Positions 53,838-62,662 of a DNA stretch of 64,000 bases are shown in pieces. Each line of letters begins with the position of its first letter. Position 1 is the stretch's first letter. The DNA comes from an uncultured Verrucomicrobiae bacterium (GTDB taxonomy: Bacteria > Verrucomicrobiota > Verrucomicrobiia > Palsa-1439). Location: assembly GCA_963812605.1 (NCBI GenBank), contig CAWEWF010000008.1:1-64000 (forward strand), read 5' to 3'. Position numbers and translations under genes: made by a program. The notes beneath the pieces are model-generated. The model was not told the origin of the DNA, ran no database searches, and saw nothing but the letters and a program-made list of their open reading frames with translations.

Positions 53838-56027
53838 ATGGCCTCACGGCAAATGAAAATGAAATTGGGACAGCACCGAGACAAGGCTGCGGTCGATTCA
53901 CTTCTCCGATCCGACGCGGAAATTTTCTTCATCAGCGCGTTGATTCTCTACCTTGAACTCGCGCTGATTCGCTGGATCGGCACCGAGATCCGCATCTTCG
54001 CCTATCTGGGCAACCTCACCCTGGTCATGTGTTTCTTTGGCATCGGATGGGGGTGTTATCGGGCGGCGAAACCCGTGGAGCCGGTGGTCATGGCCATTAG
54101 CCTGTTGTTCCTTGCCACACTGGTGGCCAATCCGTTCCACAGTGCGGCGCTGAGCTTTTCCAAAATATCGTTTCTCCTCAGCGGTTTTGAGGACTCGACC
54201 GTCTGGCAGGATGTACAAGGACCCGGCGCGGACTACGCGACGGGCATCTTCTTCATTGGAATTCTTATTGTCGCGCTGACCCTCACGTTTGCGCCACTGG
54301 GACAGATACTCGGGCGGGCGATGCAACGCGCCCCGCGCGTCATCCGAGCTTATTCGGTGAACGTCGCCGGGAGCCTCGCTGGAGTTTGGCTCTTTAACAG
54401 CCTGAGCTGGGCCCGCACACCGCCAACCGTCTGGATGTTGGTGGCGGCAGGGCTGCTGGCCGCCGTCCTTCTCGCCGGGCAGGCGCGCGCATGGCTGGCG
54501 GTAGGCTTGGTGGTGGTGGGAGCCGGGGTGGTGTGGTTGGGTGACTCGTCCTCCAATCTCATCATCTGGTCGCCCTATCAAAAGCTCGTGGTATCCCCGT
54601 TCTGGACGACCGGATTTGATCCCGTGCAATGGGGCTATCTCGTGCAGGCCAATGGAACGGTACACCAGACCGTGCTCGATCTCTCCGACCGTTTCGTCAC
54701 GAATCACCCGGGACTGTTCGTCGACGAGCCGTTCGAGCGCAACGTCTATAGTGTCCCTTTCAGCTTCAAGCCGCATGCGCGCCGCGTCCTGATTGTCGGC
54801 GCCGGTGCCGGCAATAATGCAGCCGCAGCGTTGCGTCACGGCGCGACGCAAGTGGATTGCGTCGAAATCGATCCCCAGATCTACGCCTTGGGCCAGCGAC
54901 TTCATCCGGAGCAGCCGTATAGCTCTCCCCGGGTGCGGGTGACGGTCAATGATGCGCGCGCTTTCTTTAAACAGGCCACGGGACCGTATGATTTAATTTG
55001 GTACGGGTGGCTCGACGCCCACACGCTTGGCTCGTCCTACAACAACATGCGACTGGACCATTACGTGTACACACTGGAGAGTTTCCGCGAGGCCAGAAAA
55101 CTGTTGGCGCCCGACGGCTTGATGGTGGTCAACTTCCCGGTCCAGCGCACGTGGATGGTGGACCGTTTATTCAACCTGCTGCGACAGACGTTTGGGCGCG
55201 ACCCTTTCGCTTATTGTGACGCCTCTATCGCGGCAAAGCTGAGACGGGTTCCGACGGCCACCCTCATCGTCGGCGAACAACCTGTAACGTCGCAGATGGT
55301 CGAGAGCCCCGCGCTTCGCGACTACCTCGCCTCCTGGCAGTGGCATCCCACCGGCACCACTCGGGCTCCGACCGACGACTGGCCGTACTTGTACCTGAGG
55401 CAGCCGGGTATCCCGAAACTGCACCTAATCGTTTCGACTGCGATTTTGGTGGCCGTGCTGGTGGCAGGGAGACGCGCTCTCGGAGTAGCCAGCGGTTCGG
55501 ACTGGCATTTCTTCGCGCTGGGAGCCGCGTTTCTCCTGCTCGAAGTCCAAACCGTCAGCCGCGCAACGTTGCTGTTCGGGATGACCTGGATCGTCAACGC
55601 CATCGTCATCTCCGCGGTGCTCGTGATGATCCTGTTGTCCAACCTCGTGGCGTGGCGCTGGCCACGCCTTCCACAAGCCGTGATCATTACCGGACTCGCG
55701 CTCACCCTTGCCGGGCTGGCGTTGGTGCCGCTGGACTGGTTCAATGCGTTGACGGGTGCGGCCAAGCTGTTCGCCGCCAGCGCGTTTCTGACCGCACCGG
55801 TGTTCTTCGCCGGGCTCATCTTCATCCGGTCCTTCGCTGCCTGCGCGGACAAATCCCGGGCGCTCGGCTCCAATCTCATCGGCGCGCTGGTGGGAGGTCT
55901 GCTGGAGTCGCTGTCATTCGTCACCGGCGTCCGGGCCCTCATCCTTCTCGTCGGCCTGTTTTATCTAATCGCGATCCTGCGCCGCCCGATGGCCGGTCCG
56001 ATATCGAGCATCGCTGCGGCTGAGTAA
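53838..56027 (+). CDS. Membrane-bound spermidine synthase-like SAM-dependent transferase
   Basis: N- and C-terminal TM bundles around IVGAGAGN, VEIDP, NDAR; WSPYQK, TDDWPYLYL, SNLIGALVGG. Confidence 0.82.
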   Translation: MASRQMKMKLGQHRDKAAVDSLLRSDAEIFFISALILYLELALIRWIGTEIRIFAYLGNLTLVMCFFGIGWGCYRAAKPVEPVVMAISLLFLATLVANPFHSAALSFSKISFLLSGFEDSTVWQDVQGPGADYATGIFFIGILIVALTLTFAPLGQILGRAMQRAPRVIRAYSVNVAGSLAGVWLFNSLSWARTPPTVWMLVAAGLLAAVLLAGQARAWLAVGLVVVGAGVVWLGDSSSNLIIWSPYQKLVVSPFWTTGFDPVQWGYLVQANGTVHQTVLDLSDRFVTNHPGLFVDEPFERNVYSVPFSFKPHARRVLIVGAGAGNNAAAALRHGATQVDCVEIDPQIYALGQRLHPEQPYSSPRVRVTVNDARAFFKQATGPYDLIWYGWLDAHTLGSSYNNMRLDHYVYTLESFREARKLLAPDGLMVVNFPVQRTWMVDRLFNLLRQTFGRDPFAYCDASIAAKLRRVPTATLIVGEQPVTSQMVESPALRDYLASWQWHPTGTTRAPTDDWPYLYLRQPGIPKLHLIVSTAILVAVLVAGRRALGVASGSDWHFFALGAAFLLLEVQTVSRATLLFGMTWIVNAIVISAVLVMILLSNLVAWRWPRLPQAVIITGLALTLAGLALVPLDWFNALTGAAKLFAASAFLTAPVFFAGLIFIRSFAACADKSRALGSNLIGALVGGLLESLSFVTGVRALILLVGLFYLIAILRRPMAGPISSIAAAE

Positions 56028-56208
56028 GTGACACCGGCCAAATTTCAGAAGCTCGCGGAAATGTCCGATTAGATCTTCTGGGTTCATATAAAAACGCCCC
56101 CAAGCCATCGTATAAAGCCTGCGGATTGTTTACGAAAAATGATGTTTTGATCATCCTCACGTTGAACGGCTTGCGAACCTTGCGGGTTCAGATTCCGAGG
56201 TCAACTGC

Positions 56209-58323
56209 TCACGGCACAGCCCGCGCTCGTTCCAGATTGTTTTGAGCCTGCGTAAAATCAGGCTTGATCCGCAGGGCCTGCTCCCAATGGCTGATCGCCT
56301 CCGGCAGCCTGCCGGCCCGCTCCAGGGCGAGCCCGAGGTTGTTGTGCGCGTCCGCGTTATCAGGCTGGATTCGTAGCGCCTGACCGTACTGTTCAATCGC
56401 CTCCGGCACCTTCCCGTCGTGGACCAAAGCATTTCCCAAGTTGATGTGCGCCGCGACAAGATCGGGATTAATCCGTAGCGCGTCCTCAAAGTGTCTGGTC
56501 GCCTCCGGCATCCTACCCGCTCGCATCAGGGCCAACCCCAGATTGCTGTGAGCACTGGCAAGATGGGGATCAATTCGCAGGGCTTCCTCGAAGTGGTTGA
56601 TGGCCTCCGGCATTCGGCCCGTTTGCGCCAGGGCGAGCCCCAGATGATTGTGCGCGTCAGCAAGATCGGGCCTGATCCGCAGGGCCTGCTCCCAATGACT
56701 GATCGCTTCCTGGATCCTGCCCGTTTGCGCCAGGGCGAGTCCCAGGGCATAGTGCGCCTCGGCGTAATCGGGTTGAATCCGCAGCGCGTCCTCGAAGTGG
56801 CTGATCGCCTCCGGCATTTTGCCGGCTTCCTCCAGGGCGATGCCCAGGTTGCCGTGCGCCTCCGCGAAATCGGGCTTGATCCGCACGGCTGCTTGATAAT
56901 GCCCAATGGCCTCTTCCAGCCTGTCCATTCGTTCCAGGGCATTCCCGAAGTTATTGTGCGCTTCCGGATAGTCAGGCTGGAATCGCAGGGCCTGGCGGTA
57001 CTGTTCAATCGCTTCGGGCAGCCGGCCCCGTTCCATCAGGGCAACTCCCAGGTTGCTGTGCCCACGGGCATTTTGCGGACGTTTGACCACGGTATCCTGC
57101 CAGATGGCCAGGTTGGATTTGTAGTCCTGGTTGCGTTGAATAGTCAGGAAGGCGAACAGACCGACCACGGACCCACTCGCCAGGCATCCAAGCACAACGC
57201 CCTCCTGCGCTTTGAACAATCGTTTCCCGAGCGCATACGCGCCCGCCACGACCACCGTGACCACCGCGGCCAACGGCAGGTACATTCGCCGCTCCGCCGC
57301 CACTTCACCGACGCTTGGCAGAAAGCTCGAAGTCGGCGCCAGGATGAGAAAAAACCAGGCGCCCAGGAAACCCACCGATGGCCGGTGACGAAGCGCCCAC
57401 ACCGTTCCACCCAGCAGGCCAAGCGCGACGACACCGGAGACAAGGCCATCTTTCAGCGATGAGGTAATCGGCCAGTCCGCGTAATCAATCACCAGCGGGT
57501 GAGGCCAGAAGCAAAGCCGTAAATAGTAATTGATCACGCCCGCCTCGGTCTTCAGATAGTCCCATGAGGTCAGGCCTTTAATCCCAAACCCGGTCGCGGA
57601 ATGCGGTGTCCGCGCCACCAGCACAAACAAAATGAGCCAGGTCGCGGCGAGACCGGCGTACAAACCGGCGCGCCGCTGACGCAATTCGCGAAATGACGAC
57701 GCCAGAAACACGCGATCGTAGAGCAACACGAGCAGTGGCGCTCCGACCATGACCTCCTTGCTTCCCATACCCAGGGCGCACGAGATAACGGCGGCCAGAT
57801 ACCACCCGCCCGGGCGAGCCGAGTGAGAACCGCGAAGGGTACAGTACAGCGTTAGCAGCAGAAACAGTCCCATCAGCAATTCCGTGCGCTGGCCAATGTA
57901 GGTGACGCTTTCCGTTTGCAGGGGATGGACCTCCCAAATGAGCGCGATCGCCGCGGCCAGCCAGACGGCTGCGCCGTCAAATCGGTCACGAAGTTTCTCC
58001 CCCTCAAGCGTGCGCCGGACAATCCCAAACAGCGCCAGCGCGGACAACAGATGCACCGTCAGGTTGAAGGCATGGTAGCCCCGGACATTCAGTCCGCCCA
58101 CCGCGTAGTTCACGGCCAGGGTCAGACAAACCACCGGGCGCCCATTGACCGAGCAGTAGCGGGGCGCAGACAGGGCTTCGCGAATCGGCCACAAGTGACG
58201 GATGTGGGGATTCATGGGGATGGAATGCAGGTCGTCAAAGATGAAGGGTCCCTGAAAGCTGTTGCGATACGCCCAAATGCCAGCGACAATTACCAACACA
58301 GGGATGAACTGGCGCAGTTTCAA
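56209..58323 (-). CDS. TMTC-like GT-C membrane protein with ~8 C-terminal TPR repeats (putative protein O-mannosyltransferase homologue)
   Basis: FIFDD, GRP, VHPLQTESVTYI.QR, SKE, AERRMYLP, WQDTVVKRP, then 34-aa TPR repeats. Confidence 0.8.
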   Translation of the reverse strand: MKLRQFIPVLVIVAGIWAYRNSFQGPFIFDDLHSIPMNPHIRHLWPIREALSAPRYCSVNGRPVVCLTLAVNYAVGGLNVRGYHAFNLTVHLLSALALFGIVRRTLEGEKLRDRFDGAAVWLAAAIALIWEVHPLQTESVTYIGQRTELLMGLFLLLTLYCTLRGSHSARPGGWYLAAVISCALGMGSKEVMVGAPLLVLLYDRVFLASSFRELRQRRAGLYAGLAATWLILFVLVARTPHSATGFGIKGLTSWDYLKTEAGVINYYLRLCFWPHPLVIDYADWPITSSLKDGLVSGVVALGLLGGTVWALRHRPSVGFLGAWFFLILAPTSSFLPSVGEVAAERRMYLPLAAVVTVVVAGAYALGKRLFKAQEGVVLGCLASGSVVGLFAFLTIQRNQDYKSNLAIWQDTVVKRPQNARGHSNLGVALMERGRLPEAIEQYRQALRFQPDYPEAHNNFGNALERMDRLEEAIGHYQAAVRIKPDFAEAHGNLGIALEEAGKMPEAISHFEDALRIQPDYAEAHYALGLALAQTGRIQEAISHWEQALRIRPDLADAHNHLGLALAQTGRMPEAINHFEEALRIDPHLASAHSNLGLALMRAGRMPEATRHFEDALRINPDLVAAHINLGNALVHDGKVPEAIEQYGQALRIQPDNADAHNNLGLALERAGRLPEAISHWEQALRIKPDFTQAQNNLERARAVP
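56230..57060 (-). repeat. 102-bp TPR-coding repeats
   Basis: Recurrent AH.NLG.AL..GR.PEAI.H.E.ALRI.PD; DNA-level near identity, e.g. gatccgcagggcctgctcccaatg at ~56266 and ~56674. Confidence 0.85.
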
Positions 58324-58556
58324 CAGTCCAGAAGTTTATCTGACCTTGCCTCGCGCGACCAGTGTTTACTGAGCTACGCCTCTCCCCGCAACCGGATATC
58401 CTACGGGTGCCCCGTCCATGCTTCCCGAAGAATTCCGGTGACAAAGGCCCTCTCCTATCGCGGGCCGTGACTGGGGCCGTAAGCATTGCTTCCAGACTCC
58501 CCTGATGGATGGTAGTGTGTCAGTTTGAATTCAGGCTTCGTCGATGTGTTTCTGCA

Positions 58557-58622
58557 TTGTAGGGCAGGCGGCCCGCCTGCCATGTCCATAAACGACGGCA
58601 AGCGAGCCGCTTGCCCTACAAA
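58557..58622. repeat. GTAG REP doublet (another copy at 30035-30058)
   Basis: ttgtagggcaggcggcccgcctgcc ... ggcaagcgagccgcttgccctacaa. Confidence 0.8.
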
Positions 58623-58675
58623 TTACGCGAAATGGGCTTCGAGCAAAATGATACACTCCCTGATGGATTCCTCTC

Positions 58676-60332
58676 TCAGGGGTTGCGGGAACCTGTCACG
58701 TTCTTGGGCTCGTAATAAGCGCGGCTTGCCCGGTAGAGGTCCAACTGCATCTCGAGCTGGCTGACCAACTGGGTTTGCGCGGTGGAATCAGCCAATTGAA
58801 TGGCCTTCTGTGCCGTGCCGACGGCATCGTCGAATCGGCCAGCGGCGGCATAGGCGGCGGCCAGGGTATCAAGACACGGAACCGCTCGGTAGTCAGTGTC
58901 CCGCTTGATGAGCTTGCAGGCCCGCTCGGCCAACGCCACCGCCCGAACCGCGTTGCCACTTTCCGTCGGCGGACGCGTCGCCAGCAGCCAGGCGAGATTG
59001 TTCAGTGCCTGGAGATAATCCGGCTTGATCCGCAGCGCCTGCTCCAGTTGCTCGATCGCTTCTGGGATCCTGTCCGCCTGCGCCAAGGCGATCCCCAGGC
59101 CGTCGTGCGCCATCCAGCAACCGGGATTCTTGGCCAGGGTGTCACGCCAGAGTGTTTCCAAATCCCGATAGACGTGTGCTCGCTTCCAAGTGGACGCTCC
59201 CAGCAACACCAGCACGGCTATGGCGGCAAGCCTTCCCAGATCGCCGCCCCGGGGCCGGCCGTTGGGCTACCGTGGCCCCGGCGCTGACCACCAGGGCGAT
59301 CAGCCCGATGATCGAATAGTATTGCCAGTGATCGGCAACCAGTGAGTATCGCATAAAGTAGATGTTCACAAACCCCAGGGCCGGCGCCAACATCGTCAGG
59401 TAGTAGCCCAACGCCAACAGGCAGGGTTTCCCCCACGATTGCCGATAGCGCCAGCAGACGAGCAACCCCACCACGACGAGCAGCCCGGGCACGTAGGACA
59501 CCAGGTTCTGCGGGTCGATCTGCCATCGCGGATAGACAAAACACAGATGCAAGGGAACCACGGCCTTGTACAGGTAAAACCATATCGCCCAACCAGCCCC
59601 CGCCAGCCGTGGCCAGAAGCCGTCCTGCCGCACGATATCGCCGCCGATAACCCGATGAGATTGGAACCACACCGTTACGCAACTCAGGAGCCCCGCCACG
59701 GCAAAGAACGGCAGGCTCCGCAGCACATCCCGCCGCTCCATTCTCCCACGGCGCCACCACGCGAAGCCCAACAGGACCACCGGCAGCGTGGCCACCGCCG
59801 TCTTGCTCAACAGCGCCAGCACAAAGGTTCCTGCCGCCGCCCAGTACCAGCCCCTCCGTCCCTCCTCTTCGAACTTCAGATACCCCAGGCAGGTCAACGC
59901 GAAAAAAAACATGGCCAGTGTGTTCTTGCGCTCCACAATCCACGCCACCGATTCCACATTCACCGGATGCACCGCAAACACCGCCGCCGCCAACCACGCT
60001 CCCGGGATCTTCAACCTCGCCAGGATACGCCACCACAACACCGCACTGAGCGCATGCAAGATCACATTGACCAGGTGGTATCCCACCGGATTCATCCCCC
60101 ACAGCCGCCACTCCAGCCACCAGGTTGTGGAGGTCAACGGCCAGTAGTCCGGGGGCTGGGTCGTGAACCAAAATCGATGCAAACCGTCCGACATCCGTAT
60201 CAGAGGATTCTGAACGACGAGTTTGTCATCGTCCCAGATGAATCCGCCGCGCAGAGCAGGGATATATACTACAACCGTCAGCAGCAGGATGAGGGCCGAG
60301 CCGGCAACCGGCGACTTCCATGCGTTCTTCAT
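58676..60332 (-). CDS. Second TMTC-like GT-C membrane protein with TPRs, frameshift near 59230
   Basis: [68 protein letters not shown]. Confidence 0.8.
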
Positions 60333-60539
60333 CGGTCGGGCAATCCTTGCGTCATGTTGGGGGCCTGGCGGTACGTTTGTCCGTCGCGATATCGTTGCCG
60401 CCGACTCTCGATCTTCTCGGCCAATGCGCGGCTGGCCCCAGCGCAGGGCCGGTTCGAGGGCCTTTCTTCTTCGCCACCCGGTGATCCCTCGGGGCACAGT
60501 CTAACAAGGGAAGCGCGGTGGAAACAAGCGCGCTGGATG

Positions 60540-60577
60540 TGACAGGGGATGCGGGCAGGTGCCCGCATCCCCTGTCA
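60540..60577. repeat. Perfect palindrome with 17-bp arms
   Basis: tgacaggggatgcgggc-aggt-gcccgcatcccctgtca. Confidence 0.8.
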
Positions 60578-60790
60578 GGTTTCGGTTGTCGTGACTTGGG
60601 AACCATCCATCCCATGGCAGCGCGACATCGGCGCCACCCGGTGGACGTGCTTTGCGAGGGCAGCCGCACACGATCTTTCGGCTCACCGAGAGCCCCGATA
60701 ATGAGAATGGGGACAAACTTCGTCTAAATCCCTCCAAATCAACCATGCTAAAGCATCAGTCCGCCGCCCTACCCGTTCAAAAATCGAGTA

Positions 60791-60961
60791 AGCAAACGAT
60801 TGCAGAATCCAGCCTGTTGGATGGCCAGCCAGCGAACCGATTTGACCGCTGAACTCAAAACGTATTTGATTAAAGGTCAAACCGGGTGTGGCCTTGGCCT
60901 CCCTGGCGATTTTTCTTCATAATGCTGTTGACAATTTTCCCAGAATTTGCAATCATTTGCA
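60791..60961 (+). promoter_or_regulatory. Two LacI-type operators plus a sigma-70 promoter (module 2)
   Basis: AGCAAACGATTGCA 60791-60804; TTGACA 60928; TGCAATCATTTGCA 60948-60961, same geometry as module 1. Confidence 0.75.
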
Positions 60962-61013
60962 TCAAGCGAGTATAGGAATTAGGGTTAGCAAAACCGAAGG
61001 GAGATATAAGGTT

Positions 61014-61688
61014 ATGGAGAAGCGAGTTAGTATTTCACTGGTGTGCGTTGCGATATGCACGCTGGTTATGTCCACAACGAGCAGCGCGCAAAATCTGCTG
61101 ACGGATCCCAACTTTGACATGGGAATCACAGCCCCCAATCCGAACCCGACCGCTATTCCTGGTTGGTCGGAGTTTGGCGGGGCGGCTATAACGCCAGAGG
61201 CTGTTGCGTTAAGTTTGCCGAACGTCATGCTCACACCCGCTGGTGGTGGTGGCTACAGCGTTCCGGGAGCGTATCAAAACTTCCCGGCTTCACCGGGTCA
61301 GGTGTTTACACTGTCGGGCTGGGTCTATACGCCCAATCTGCTGGTGAGCAATAGCAACGACTTTGCGATCTTGCAACTGTCGTGGTGGACCGGCAGTGGA
61401 TACAGCAATGCGGTCGGAACGGTGGCCGGCGTGAATGTTGGTACGCCCATCGGGCCGGGTCCCAGTACCGTCGCGCTCCCGCAGGGCGTGTGGACGTTCG
61501 CCAGTGTAACCGGAACGGCGCCGGCCGGCACAACCGGAATGAGCCCATTCCTTCTGGACATCAACGCGGATACGAATGGAACCTTCTACTTCGACAACAT
61601 GTCGCTTGTTCCTGAGCCGAGCACCGTGGCGATGGCGCTAACGGGTCTGCTGGGTCTTGTCGCGTTCGCCAAACAGCGTCGCGTGTAG
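61014..61688 (+). CDS. PEP-CTERM protein with a CBM-like domain
   Basis: GAAGGGAGA RBS and MEK start, QNLLTDPNFD, WTFASVTGTAPAGT, YFDN, VPEPST plus TM plus KQRR. Confidence 0.88.
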   Translation: MEKRVSISLVCVAICTLVMSTTSSAQNLLTDPNFDMGITAPNPNPTAIPGWSEFGGAAITPEAVALSLPNVMLTPAGGGGYSVPGAYQNFPASPGQVFTLSGWVYTPNLLVSNSNDFAILQLSWWTGSGYSNAVGTVAGVNVGTPIGPGPSTVALPQGVWTFASVTGTAPAGTTGMSPFLLDINADTNGTFYFDNMSLVPEPSTVAMALTGLLGLVAFAKQRRV

Positions 61689-61705
61689 TTTCGTTGTCGA
61701 TCGAC

Positions 61706-61757
61706 GGATTTTTACCCCGCCTATCCAGCGTCTCCTGGATGGGCGGGGGACAAATCC
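61706..61757 (+). terminator. Strong intergenic hairpin (partial terminator or mRNA stabiliser)
   Basis: ccccgcctatccag / ctggatgggcgggg stem extended by ggattt / aaatcc; no U-tract. Confidence 0.45.
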
Positions 61758-61859
61758 AAGCGGGCAGTCCAGCCAAGGGTTTCCGACAGCGAAGAGAATA
61801 ATCAAGACGTGTCTGTCGACCCGTTTTGATGGCAGTCAGCGGTTGCGGATTCGGAAACC

Positions 61860-62492
61860 ATGAAGACAGTCAAAGTCGGCGTCCTCACCCTGTTTGCGCT
61901 GACCGGGTTTTTTGTATTTACGACTTTCTCCGGAGTAAAGGTTCTGCCCAAGGCCGGCCCTCCGGAGCTTCTCTCGAATCCCAGTTTTGAAACACCAGCC
62001 CTTCCCGCCGGCGGTTGGGCCCTGGTCCGTCAGGCTGATTGGCAGGCTTTCACCAGCGGCACCGCGGAGTTGATGACCCTCTGGGCCGGCGCGGCCCGCA
62101 CGGGCAATCAGTGCATCCGGTTCGTGTCCCACGGAATTCCCAATTTCTATCAAGGGTTGTTTCAAGCCGTGTCCGTGACGCCCGGCGAAACCTACCAATT
62201 CAGCGCGTACATCAGGAATGATTCCACCCATCCGCTCAAAGGTTCGGTCATCGGCCAGTTGTCCATTGAATGGCACGACGCCAACGGCGGCGAAGCCGGC
62301 CGGCTCTGGAGCCCGGCTTGGGGCGCGGCGCTGTCGACGACCGAGTGGACGAAATTTGTGGTGGCCGGCGCCGCGCCGCCCAACGCCGCGAAGGCGCATT
62401 GTGTAATTGTTGAAAAGGGCCAGGGCCAGCCGGTGGCCAACTGCGTTTTTCTCGTTGACGATGCCTCGGCCGTAAAGCCGTCCGACGAGTGA
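61860..62492 (+). CDS. N-terminally anchored CBM4/9-like carbohydrate-binding protein
   Basis: Hydrophobic N-terminus; LLSNPSFE, QAVSVTPGETYQFSAYIR, WTKF..AAPPNA, VDD. Confidence 0.72.
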   Translation: MKTVKVGVLTLFALTGFFVFTTFSGVKVLPKAGPPELLSNPSFETPALPAGGWALVRQADWQAFTSGTAELMTLWAGAARTGNQCIRFVSHGIPNFYQGLFQAVSVTPGETYQFSAYIRNDSTHPLKGSVIGQLSIEWHDANGGEAGRLWSPAWGAALSTTEWTKFVVAGAAPPNAAKAHCVIVEKGQGQPVANCVFLVDDASAVKPSDE

Positions 62493-62662
62493 AAGCCGAA
62501 GTGGTTTCATAAATCGTTGGTGGCACAGGCGTCCCTGCCTGTGTGGATGGATGTTGACAGGCACAGAGGCCTGTTCCACCATTTGTGAGACGAGTTCTCG
62601 GGTGCCTTTGCGCCCGGAAGTCCGCAATTGAGTTATTATCGAACGGTGCGTTACAATCCATC

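Noticed and set aside
50079-62492. WxxW/WxxC C-mannosylation sequons in local surface proteins as support for the DPY19 idea
   Set aside because: Only an isolated WISC was noticed, no more than chance; not used as evidence
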